A stretch of DNA of 64,000 nt from an uncultured Pseudomonadota bacterium. Its GTDB lineage: Bacteria; Pseudomonadota; Alphaproteobacteria; UBA9219. The position numbers were made by a program, and so were the translations under genes. The notes beneath the pieces are model-generated. The model worked only from the letters and a program-made list of their open reading frames with translations, did no database searches and was not told the DNA's origin. The number at the start of each line of letters is the position of its first letter. Positions within the stretch are counted from its first letter, which is position 1. Shown piece after piece: positions 20,174 through 28,399 of this stretch. The stretch is from positions 7,913-71,912 of the forward strand of contig CAIXLI010000063.1 in the NCBI GenBank assembly GCA_903920205.1, given 5' to 3'.

Positions 20174-20320
20174 GTGAATTCACAATCCCTTGTTGCCGTT
20201 ATCGTGGGTGTCTTGCTATTAGTTGTAGCGGGCGGGGCTTTGTGGTTATCAAACGCCCGCGTCATGCCGCCTACGCAAAAGACGGAACTGGCTATACCTG
20301 ATGAGCGGATTCCTCGCTAG
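20174..20320 (+). CDS. small membrane protein, 48 aa (below the ORF-track cutoff)
   Basis: AGGAG RBS and GTG start give MNSQSLVAVIVGVLLLVVAGGALWLSNARVMPPTQKTELAIPDERIPR; resembles the small proteins found divergent from aroK in alphaproteobacteria. Confidence 0.7.
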   Translation: MNSQSLVAVIVGVLLLVVAGGALWLSNARVMPPTQKTELAIPDERIPR

Positions 20321-22118
20321 ACCGATCCTTACTTCGCTTATCCTCGTCGGATTGGCGCTTCCTGCTTTCGCCCAAAATTCAACTGATGCTCCCGCGCGCG
20401 GCGCAAGTTTTTTGCCTGCCGGCACCGTTCCTTTGTCTGATCCCGTATTTTCGGGACTGGCAGCGGCGCAGCCTGAATCCGTCCTGCCTCCGCCTGCGGT
20501 GGGCGCGCCCCCTCCTGCATCCTCTTTTGCTCCCGCGAAACCCGCCGAAATTTCTTTCCAGCCTGTTGCTGCGGCTTTTCTGCCCAATATCAGTCCCGAA
20601 TCCATAGGCCTGCCGAACGCGGATGGGCTGGGCGCCGATATGTGGAGAGGCTCGTCGCACAGGATGGCGGAACATTTGCTGGCGCTGATTGCCCCGACAC
20701 GTTCGCCGATCCTTAATGCTCTGACGCGCCGTTTGCTGACGACCGCTGCTGTGCCGCCTGAAGGCGAGGCGGAATTCGCGCAAAGCCTGACTTCGGCGCG
20801 CGCAGAAAAATTAGTGCTTTTCGGGGATACGGCGGGGGCATGGTCCTTGGTTCAACATGCCGACGCCAAGTTGATCGATAGCATAACCTTTCATCTTGTC
20901 GCGGAAAGCGCGTTAATCGATGCTGGCGAAGATTTCTGCGCCAAAGCTCCCGATTTGGCAAAAACGCGCGTTGGCGCCGATTGGCAGAAAGTCCTGATCG
21001 TGTGTCGCCTTCGCGCCAAGGATACGCAGGCGGCGCAAGTGGCCTTGGACGTTTTCCGTTCTCAAAGCAACCGCGATAGCGTGTTCCTCGGCATCGCTGA
21101 CAAAAATATCTTAGGCAGCGGGAAAACCCTGCCTTTCCAACTGACTCCCTTAACGCCCCCGACTTTGGCCCTATTGCAGCTGGCGAATTTGCCTTTGCCA
21201 GGAACTCTCTATGCGCGTGCGGATTATTCTTATGCCTCCGCTTTGCTCCGCCTTCCCGCGCAGCAAGATGTCGCGCAATTGTCTCTTGCTGAACGCGCAG
21301 CGCAGCGCGGTATGATAAGTGCCGCTGATTTAGCCGATGTTTATCGCGCCACCGTTTTTACCGCCGACGCTTTGGCGGCACCTCTAACTTCAAGCGAATC
21401 CGGCCTGCGTTTGCGGGCGCTCCTTTTCCGCGCTGCGGAAGCTGAGCAAAATCAGGGCAAGAAAATCGCCTACGCCGTCAAATTTGCGCAATCCGCTCCC
21501 CCCACTTTCCTAAACGGCGCAGGCGGCATTGTCACCTCCATGCTGGGCGATAGAGAGGCCGATCCTACGCAGGCCTCCAATGCCGCAACCCTTGCGCGCC
21601 TTTATATGCTGGCGGGCAAGGGCGAAACGGCCTTGGGATGGTATCGCTTGGCGCAGGGCGGCGGCAATGCCGAGGATATGCAATCCCTGTGGCCCCAATT
21701 CGCTTTGGCGGGGCTGGAAGCCGAAAGCACCTATGCCGCTGATTTTGAAAAATGGCTTGATGCAGCGACAAAAAACGTTGATGCGCAGACACTGCGCGAT
21801 GTCGTAATCCCGACTTTGCTTTTGCTTGATGCGGCAGGGCTTAAAGTTCCCGATACGGCTTGGGATAAAGTGATCGTCGCTCCACCTAACGACAAAAAAT
21901 TTGCCCTGTCCCCCCATCTTCTTGAAAGAATGCAGGCGGCGTCCGCCGCCAACAAACGCGCCGAAACGGTTTTGTTAGCTGCGGTTTTGGCGGGCGACGA
22001 CGATATTTCCCTGCCTGCCGCGCTGGGCATTACCCATGCGTTGCGGCGAGCCGGATTCACCAGCGAAGCGGCGGTGTTCGCCCGTCAGACCGTCGCTTTG
22101 TTGGCTAAGGCGAATTAA
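20301..22118 (+). CDS. exported alpha-helical hypothetical protein upstream of xerD
   Basis: Signal peptide (PAFA|Q), Pro-rich linker and GLGADMWRGS motif; 605 aa. Confidence 0.8.
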   Translation: MSGFLARPILTSLILVGLALPAFAQNSTDAPARGASFLPAGTVPLSDPVFSGLAAAQPESVLPPPAVGAPPPASSFAPAKPAEISFQPVAAAFLPNISPESIGLPNADGLGADMWRGSSHRMAEHLLALIAPTRSPILNALTRRLLTTAAVPPEGEAEFAQSLTSARAEKLVLFGDTAGAWSLVQHADAKLIDSITFHLVAESALIDAGEDFCAKAPDLAKTRVGADWQKVLIVCRLRAKDTQAAQVALDVFRSQSNRDSVFLGIADKNILGSGKTLPFQLTPLTPPTLALLQLANLPLPGTLYARADYSYASALLRLPAQQDVAQLSLAERAAQRGMISAADLADVYRATVFTADALAAPLTSSESGLRLRALLFRAAEAEQNQGKKIAYAVKFAQSAPPTFLNGAGGIVTSMLGDREADPTQASNAATLARLYMLAGKGETALGWYRLAQGGGNAEDMQSLWPQFALAGLEAESTYAADFEKWLDAATKNVDAQTLRDVVIPTLLLLDAAGLKVPDTAWDKVIVAPPNDKKFALSPHLLERMQAASAANKRAETVLLAAVLAGDDDISLPAALGITHALRRAGFTSEAAVFARQTVALLAKAN

Positions 22119-23140
22119 TGCCGAAGAGCCCTTCTTCTGAAATGCGTTTTCATGGACTGATTCCTGCGTTTCTTGATATGATGATGGCCGAGCGCAATGC
22201 CGCTGCCAACACACGCGCCGCCTATGCGCGGGATTTGGGGGATGCGGCGATGTTTTTGGCGCGCAAGAAGGTCGATCTTGTGGATGCGAATGAGGACGAT
22301 CTTCGCGCCTATTTCCGATCTCTGGGCAAAAGCGCGGCGCGGACTCAGGCGCGGCGTCTGTCGGCCTTGCGTCAATTCTACCGTTTCCTGTGTTCAGAAA
22401 AACACCGCAAAGAAGACCCGACGCGCTCGATTGATGCGCCTAAATTAGGGCGGTCTTTGCCGAAATATCTCACCGAAAAGGAAGTTGGGCGGTTGATAGA
22501 AACCGTTGCGCAATACCCTGGCGATGAAGGCTTGCGTCTACGCGTGATGCTTGAGCTTCTTTACGCGGCGGGATTGCGTGTGACGGAATTGGTCAGCCTT
22601 CCTGTCTCCGCCATCCAATTTGACCGCGCCTTGGTTCTGGTTAGAGGCAAAGGTGACAAAGAGCGCGTCGTGCCGTTGGGCGAACCGGCTTTAAAGGCGG
22701 TGCGGGAATGGCTGCCAGTGCGCAAAAAAGAAATGGAAAGCAGCAAGCGTGGGGGGGGGAAGAAAACGTCGGCATCGCCCCAAGCGTCGCGCCTCCACTC
22801 CCTACCCCCTCCCTCAAGGGGAGGGGGAGGAAAAAGTTCTCCCTATTTGTTCCCTTCGCCTGTGCGCCCAGATGCCCCGATAACGCGGCAAAGGCTTTTT
22901 CAGCTTCTCAAACAACTGGCGCTTGCCGCCAAACTTGACCCCAAACGGCTTAGTCCCCATGTCGTGCGCCACGCTTTTGCGACGCATCTGATTGAACATG
23001 GGGCGGATTTGCGTAGCGTGCAAACCATGCTGGGGCATGCCGATATCGCCACGACTCAGGTATATACCCATGTGGCAAGCGACCGCCTGTCGCGCACGGT
23101 GGCGGAACATCATCCGCTTGCCAAAGGCGGCGCAAAATGA
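22118..23140 (+). CDS. xerD: tyrosine recombinase XerD with an internal insertion
   Basis: LLYAAGLRVTEL, GKGDKER, SPHVVRHAFATHL and LGHADIATTQVYTH (catalytic R-K-H-R-H-Y). Confidence 0.93.
   Translation: MPKSPSSEMRFHGLIPAFLDMMMAERNAAANTRAAYARDLGDAAMFLARKKVDLVDANEDDLRAYFRSLGKSAARTQARRLSALRQFYRFLCSEKHRKEDPTRSIDAPKLGRSLPKYLTEKEVGRLIETVAQYPGDEGLRLRVMLELLYAAGLRVTELVSLPVSAIQFDRALVLVRGKGDKERVVPLGEPALKAVREWLPVRKKEMESSKRGGGKKTSASPQASRLHSLPPPSRGGGGKSSPYLFPSPVRPDAPITRQRLFQLLKQLALAAKLDPKRLSPHVVRHAFATHLIEHGADLRSVQTMLGHADIATTQVYTHVASDRLSRTVAEHHPLAKGGAK
22793..22829. repeat. GC-rich palindromic repeat in frame within xerD
   Basis: CTCCACTCCCTACCCCCTCCCTCAAGGGGAGGGGGAG; its reverse complement resembles the intergenic element at 28294-28330. 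Confidence 0.6.
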
Positions 23141-23763
23141 TGAAGCCGCATCTGCGCAACGGAACGTCTTTTTCAGGGATGACCATCGGGCTTTTGGGCG
23201 GATCGTTCAATCCTGCGCATGACGGGCATCGGGCGATGAGCCTTTATGCACTGAAGCAACTGGGGCTTGATCAAATCTGGTGGCTGGTCAGTCCGCAGAA
23301 TCCCTTAAAGACAACGAAAAATATGGCGGCGCTGGATCGGCGCATAGGCCGTGCTAAAGATTTTGCCGCGCATCCGCGTTTGGCGGTGACCTCGATAGAA
23401 ATCGATTTGGGCACCCGTTATACTGCGCATACTTTGCGTTTATTGACTCGCCGCTTCCCCAACACGCGCTTTGTTTGGCTAATGGGGGCGGATAATTTGC
23501 AGCAAATTCAGCGTTGGAAAGACTGGCAGGAGATTTTCAGGCTTGTGCCGGTTGCCGTCTTCCGCCGCCCCTCTTACCCTGCGGGGCAAGGGCTGGGATG
23601 TGCGGCGATAAGGTTCAATCAGGCATGGAATCCGGCACCCCAAGCCAAGAAAGTGGCGCGAACCCCGCAGAACCTCTTGCCAGCATGGGTTATTCTGGAC
23701 AATAAGCTAAACTATACATCGGCAACGAAAATCAGGAAGGATACTCCCTCGTGGCAAAACTAA
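23137..23763 (+). CDS. nadD: nicotinate-nucleotide adenylyltransferase
   Basis: GLLGGSFNPAHDGH, WWLVSPQNPLK, WLMGADNL and SATKIR motifs. Confidence 0.95.
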   Translation: MMKPHLRNGTSFSGMTIGLLGGSFNPAHDGHRAMSLYALKQLGLDQIWWLVSPQNPLKTTKNMAALDRRIGRAKDFAAHPRLAVTSIEIDLGTRYTAHTLRLLTRRFPNTRFVWLMGADNLQQIQRWKDWQEIFRLVPVAVFRRPSYPAGQGLGCAAIRFNQAWNPAPQAKKVARTPQNLLPAWVILDNKLNYTSATKIRKDTPSWQN

Positions 23764-24305
23764 CGAAAAAACCGGCGGCGAAAGCGAAAAAGCCCGTTAA
23801 GGCAGCGGTGAAAAAAACAGCCGCCAAAAAACCGGCGGCAAAGAAAGTCGCAGCGAAAAAGACGGTCGTGAAGAAAGCGGTTGTTAAAAAAGTCGTTGTC
23901 AAAAAAACAGTCGTGAAAAAAACTGCGACCAAAAAACCTGCGTCGAAAATTAAAGCCGCACCAAAACCCCAAGGTTTGCCTGAACAATTATTGGAAGCGG
24001 CGCTGAAGGTTTTGGACGAACGTCAGGCGGAAGAAATTATCACTGTTCCTTTGGCGGGGCGCAGCAGCCTTGCGGATTATCTGATCATTGCCTCGGGTCG
24101 GGCAGGGCGTCAGGTTACCGCCATTGCCGACCATTTGCGCGACGCTTTCTTTAAGCTTGGTGCGCGGCAAGTTCGCATCGAGGGACAGCAAGATGCCAAT
24201 TGGGTGCTCGTCGATGTGGGCGACATCATCATTCATTTGTTCCGCCCCGAAGTGCGTCGTTATTACGATCTCGATTCTCTTTGGAACGGCAAGCCCGCGA
24301 AATAA
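23751..24305 (+). CDS. rsfS: ribosome silencing factor RsfS with a Lys/Ala-rich N-terminal extension
   Basis: ADYLIIASG, WVLVDVGDIIIHLF and RRYYDLDSLW; about 70 aa of AKK/VVKK repeats at the N terminus. Confidence 0.93.
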   Translation: MAKLTKKPAAKAKKPVKAAVKKTAAKKPAAKKVAAKKTVVKKAVVKKVVVKKTVVKKTATKKPASKIKAAPKPQGLPEQLLEAALKVLDERQAEEIITVPLAGRSSLADYLIIASGRAGRQVTAIADHLRDAFFKLGARQVRIEGQQDANWVLVDVGDIIIHLFRPEVRRYYDLDSLWNGKPAK

Positions 24306-24760
24306 TGAAAATAACCGTCCTCGCTATCGGCAAAGCGCGCGGCGTCGAGGCCGAATGGGGCGCGGAATATCAAAAACGTCTCGGCGCTTCGGTGGCGGTG
24401 CATGAATTCGCCGCCCCGAAATCGCTGCCCCCCGCCGAAACGCAGAAGGTAGAGGCGCAGCTTTTGCTAAAAGCGATACCGGCGAAAAGCTTTGTCGTTT
24501 TGCTGGATGAACGCGGCAAGGATATTTCCAGCCGCGATTTCGCCGCCAAATTCTCATCGTGGCAGGATCAAGGAATAAACGATCTTGTTTTCATCATCGG
24601 CGGCGCGGATGGCGTTGTCGATGAAATACGCGCACGGGCGAATTTCACGCTGGGCTTCGGGCGGCTAACATGGCCGCATCGTTTGGTGCGCGTGATGCTG
24701 TTGGAACAAATTTACCGCGCCAAGCAAATTATCGCTGGTCACCCGTATCATCGGGATTAG
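24305..24760 (+). CDS. rlmH: 23S rRNA m3Psi1915 methyltransferase RlmH
   Basis: LLDERGK, FIIGGADG, TWPHRLVRVMLLEQIYRA and GHPYHR motifs. Confidence 0.96.
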   Translation: MKITVLAIGKARGVEAEWGAEYQKRLGASVAVHEFAAPKSLPPAETQKVEAQLLLKAIPAKSFVVLLDERGKDISSRDFAAKFSSWQDQGINDLVFIIGGADGVVDEIRARANFTLGFGRLTWPHRLVRVMLLEQIYRAKQIIAGHPYHRD

Positions 24761-24776
24761 CGGTCGGGAAATTCCC

Positions 24777-25073
24777 TTAATCGCTCGTGCCTTCGATACC
24801 GTTCAGGCGGTCGCGGAGTTGTTTGCCTGTTTTAAAGAAGGGCACGAATTTTTCGGCGACAGAAACGGTAGCGCCGGTGCGCGGGTTGCGCCCTTGGCGC
24901 GCCTCGCGTTGCTTAACAGAAAATGCGCCGAAACCGCGCAGCTCAACGCGGCTGTTGCGCGCCAAAGCATTCGATATTTCATCGAAAACTGTATTGACGA
25001 TGCGTTCAATATCCCGCTGCAAAAGATGTGGATATTTTTCGGCAAGGCGCAAAATCAGGTCGGATTTTGTCAT
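24777..25073 (-). CDS. ihfB: integration host factor beta subunit
   Basis: [25 protein letters not shown] and [14 protein letters not shown] motifs. Confidence 0.95.
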   Translation of the reverse strand: MTKSDLILRLAEKYPHLLQRDIERIVNTVFDEISNALARNSRVELRGFGAFSVKQREARQGRNPRTGATVSVAEKFVPFFKTGKQLRDRLNGIEGTSD

Positions 25074-25229
25074 GGAATAGCCCTCAGACACGAAAGGAAA
25101 AAACGCGGATCGAAGCTAAAAGGTGCCAAACTGAAGCCTCCAAGTCAAGCAATACGTTATATAACCCTTTGGCCTTTATGGTCTTTTCCTTGGAGGAGGC
25201 AATCCTTGGCCGAAACGGGGCCTGTGCGC

Positions 25230-26204
25230 CTAGGTTATCCGCCCATTTTGAAGCAGTCTTGCCATTTGCTGATCGGCGAGCGTTCTTGTTTGACCAATGC
25301 GGCGGTCGCGGATCAAGGCGCGAACGGGAGAGCCAGGGTTGTCGGCCTCCGTCACCATAAATTGCGCATACAGGCCCGAGGGCAAGAACGCCTGATAAAG
25401 CACGCAGGTCAATCCTGCCGCCAGAAGCAGAGGCGCGCGTGCGCCTGTGTCATCCTGTTCTGCCAATTGCAGTAAGCCTTCCAACGCTTCTTCCATGCTG
25501 CCCGCATGCATCGTCGCCAAAACGGTATGTCCGGAAGTTGCTGCACGAAGGACTTGGCTGGCGGCGTCGGGCGTGCGGATTTCGCCGACGGTGATATAAC
25601 GCGGATGCCAACGCAGTGCGCGTTTCAGCATCAAGCTCCAGTCCTCTTCCTGCCGGATTTCGGTTTGATAGCAATAGCCGTTCTCGCCGCAGCGGCCTTC
25701 CGAGTCGTATTCGACGGGATCTTCAAGCGTAAAGCCTATGCCGCCATAGGTTTCCAGATAGCGAGATAAAAGCGAGGAAATGGTGGTGGTTTTGCCCTGA
25801 CCCGACGCACCGCAGACAAGGATCAATCCGCTGCGTCGTCCCAGACCTTCCAAAAGAGGCGTCAATTGGGGAATGAAGCCGAGCCGTTCGAGCGGCGGCG
25901 GACGATGGGGCAGGCGGCGCAAAGCCGCCCATGTTTCGCCTCGGGACGTTTCCAGCCGCGTCGCGCGCATGCGCATGCCATTATAATCAATCGCAGCTTC
26001 GTCGTTCGAAAAATTCTCGCGCAGATAACAGGTCAGGGCGTTGGCATCGTCGAAATATGCCTCCGGCAAATCGGCATCCGGCAAGGCTATCGCGCCGCCG
26101 AAACCCGCGCGGTAATGCGCGACGGCATCCGTGTCCAACCGCAGGTAAATATCCGTAAAGTTTAGGTCGTTAAGGGGATGCTGGGAGGACATTTTGGAGG
26201 GCAT
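25230..26204 (-). CDS. PilT/PilU-family (T2SS/T4P/T4SS traffic) ATPase
   Basis: Walker A GASGQGKTTT, Asp box LEDPVEY, Walker B ITVGEIR, His box SGHTVLATMHA; start uncertain. Confidence 0.85.
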   Translation of the reverse strand: MPSKMSSQHPLNDLNFTDIYLRLDTDAVAHYRAGFGGAIALPDADLPEAYFDDANALTCYLRENFSNDEAAIDYNGMRMRATRLETSRGETWAALRRLPHRPPPLERLGFIPQLTPLLEGLGRRSGLILVCGASGQGKTTTISSLLSRYLETYGGIGFTLEDPVEYDSEGRCGENGYCYQTEIRQEEDWSLMLKRALRWHPRYITVGEIRTPDAASQVLRAATSGHTVLATMHAGSMEEALEGLLQLAEQDDTGARAPLLLAAGLTCVLYQAFLPSGLYAQFMVTEADNPGSPVRALIRDRRIGQTRTLADQQMARLLQNGRIT

Positions 26205-26292
26205 GGCTTTTCTCGCACAATCATTATAACCGATCTCGTTGTATACGATGTCGGCGCGGATTGCCACCCTTGTTGCTTCATTTTGGGGCAGT

Positions 26293-26330
26293 AAAAAACC
26301 CGCCCGTTGATGAGACAGGGGCGGGTTTTT
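26293..26330. terminator. intrinsic terminator downstream of yccA
   Basis: AAAAAACCCGCCC...GGGCGGGTTTTT. Confidence 0.7.
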
Positions 26331-26351
26331 CTTTGGGGGCGCTGCCGCCGT

Positions 26352-27062
26352 TTAGTTGCGGCGGCTGCCCGTCAGTTGCAGCATAAACTGGAACGCGTTG
26401 ATGAAGTTCAGGTAAAGCGTCAAAGCGCTGAATACCGCCATCTTGTCGTTGGCTTCCTGCCCATAGGATTCGGCATAAGTTTGCTTGATCCGCTGCACGT
26501 CCCATGCGGTCAGACCGGTAAAGATGACCACGCCTACGACCGACACCATCCATTGCAGCATGGAAGACTGCATAAAAATGTTAACGACCGAAGCGATCAT
26601 CAGCCCCAAAACGCCCATCAAGAGGAACGAGCCGAACCCCGTCAAATCGAGCTTGGTCGTATAGCCCCACAGGCTCATCGCGCCAAAGGTCGCCGAGGTA
26701 ATAAAGAAAGCGCGTGCGATGCTGGCATCGGTAAAGGTCAGGAAAATCGCCCCCATCGACAGCCCCATCGTCCCGCAGAAAAGCCAGAACATGGTCTTAA
26801 GGGCTGAAGGGCTGATCGTATTCATGCGGAAGCTCATAACCATGACAAAGCCCATCGGGGCGATCGCCACCAGCCAGCGCAAAGGCGAACCGAACAAGAT
26901 CGGGGCCAAAGCGGTATGGGCGACGATCCAAGCCAGAAGGCCGGTCAACGCCAGCCCGCCGCTCATATAGCCGAAAACGCGTTGCATATGGGCACGCAAA
27001 CCCACATCAAGGGTGACGCGGTCAATTCCGGAAACGCCGGCACGGAAGAAAGGATCGGTCAT
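26352..27062 (-). CDS. Bax inhibitor-1/YccA family membrane protein
   Basis: DVGLRAHMQRVF, SLWGYTTK.DL, FTGLTAWDVQRIK and ALTLYLNFIN motifs. Confidence 0.93.
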   Translation of the reverse strand: MTDPFFRAGVSGIDRVTLDVGLRAHMQRVFGYMSGGLALTGLLAWIVAHTALAPILFGSPLRWLVAIAPMGFVMVMSFRMNTISPSALKTMFWLFCGTMGLSMGAIFLTFTDASIARAFFITSATFGAMSLWGYTTKLDLTGFGSFLLMGVLGLMIASVVNIFMQSSMLQWMVSVVGVVIFTGLTAWDVQRIKQTYAESYGQEANDKMAVFSALTLYLNFINAFQFMLQLTGSRRN

Positions 27063-27194
27063 AGGGCAACCTCGCGCTCAAGAAGGGTTAAGCATGGGCG
27101 TAATATGTGCCCTCCTTTGATTGATTTCAACCGTTAAGAGGCAATAAATCTTGTGATGAGAGCTTTCTTCATTAGACCGTATTGTGTCCAACGG

Positions 27195-27728
27195 TTACGA
27201 ACCAAGCCCGTGTTTGAAGGGAGCTAGATGTTTTGAGGCATTTCCCAGAGAGAGACGTTTTGCGCAAGCATATTGATTGCGCCATTCTTCAATATCTTTC
27301 GCAATAACGGGATGCGCTGTCTTGAGTGCGCTAGCAAAATCAGAATTCAATTCCTCAAGGCTGACCGCAAAAGCGAGCACAAAGTGACGCGCCGTATTTT
27401 TTATACTAAGAATATCCGCCGGAAAATCGGTATTTTGAAATTCCTGTTGTTCTATTCTTGTCAGCGAGGCATCAATTCGGGCTGCGGCATCTTCCGGGCT
27501 TTGGCTTAATCGGAGTTGCTGGGCTATGCCGCCCGTGCTTACAACAAGATGGTTGACTTTCTTCTCACAAAAATCGAAGCCCTGCGTCCCTCCGAGACAG
27601 CAAGATTTTAACCAATCATCCTCTTTTCCATTTTTCTTGATCTGGTTGAACGCCTCTTTGGCATCTCGCTCCGCCTCGTGCAAAGCCCAAGCAAAACAAT
27701 CAAATTCACGGCTTTTATAAATACTCAT
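27195..27728 (-). CDS. hypothetical protein (orphan, AT-richer)
   Basis: ORF from ATG 27728; helical, no motif recognised. Confidence 0.6.
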   Translation of the reverse strand: MSIYKSREFDCFAWALHEAERDAKEAFNQIKKNGKEDDWLKSCCLGGTQGFDFCEKKVNHLVVSTGGIAQQLRLSQSPEDAAARIDASLTRIEQQEFQNTDFPADILSIKNTARHFVLAFAVSLEELNSDFASALKTAHPVIAKDIEEWRNQYACAKRLSLGNASKHLAPFKHGLGS

Positions 27729-27995
27729 GAAAAACCCTTTCTTCAAAATCATTCTTGCCACAGAAGCGTTATATGACACGTTCCATGTCGATAAAAACCA
27801 AAAAAATATAGTTAAGGTTTTTGGAGGAGACAAAGCATTGTTCCCGACAGCAACGTGGAGGAAAAACGATAAAACGGAGAGCGCGGCGGTACTGTTTTTC
27901 TTCGGCTTTAAGGGAACCCTTGCGGCGCGAAGCTGATTTTATTGCTTTTCTAAGCAGGAAAGCCTATAAAATACGCTTCAGATGTGGAGGGAAAA

Positions 27996-28286
27996 ATGAC
28001 CGGATTAAACGAAGAAGACCTGAAGAAAAACGTCAAGGACAAAGACACTTGGCTGCGTTTCCTCTATTTGGTCGTGTTTGGTGTCGCGTTTTATTTGTCG
28101 ATCCTGCTGACTTTCGCCGCCTCGGTGTTCCAATTTTTGGCGAAATTGTTTAGCGGCGCGGCTTTTGCGGGACTCGCCGACTTTGGCGACAATCTTGCGA
28201 CCTATCAAGGGCAAGTCACGCGCTATCTGACATTCTCGTCAGACGAAAAGCCGTTCCCGTTCGCGCCTTTCCCTACGAAGCAATAA
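27996..28286 (+). CDS. DUF4389-like membrane protein
   Basis: TWLRFLYLVVF...QF...FG..LATY...RYLTFSSDEKPFPF pattern. Confidence 0.8.
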   Translation: MTGLNEEDLKKNVKDKDTWLRFLYLVVFGVAFYLSILLTFAASVFQFLAKLFSGAAFAGLADFGDNLATYQGQVTRYLTFSSDEKPFPFAPFPTKQ

Positions 28287-28293
28287 AGAAAAT

Positions 28294-28330
28294 CCCCTCC
28301 CCTTTATGGGGAGGGTCAGGGAGGGGTGGG
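28294..28330. repeat. GC-rich REP-like palindrome
   Basis: CCCCTCCCCTTTATGGGAGGGTCAGGGGAGGGGTGGG. Confidence 0.55.
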
Positions 28331-28399
28331 CCGCAAGGCTCATGGGGTTGCCTTGCGCCCCGTTTCTCCTCCGCGCAATTTTTCCAAGAGGATATCCGC

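Noticed and set aside
22118..23140. Tyrosine recombinase as the integrase of a mobile element
   Set aside because: Motifs and the aroK/hypothetical neighbourhood match housekeeping XerD; no att sites or cargo were seen.
25230..26204. Naming the ATPase dotB
   Set aside because: The Asp-box and N-terminal domain look PilT/PilU-like; a phylogeny is needed before assigning a name.
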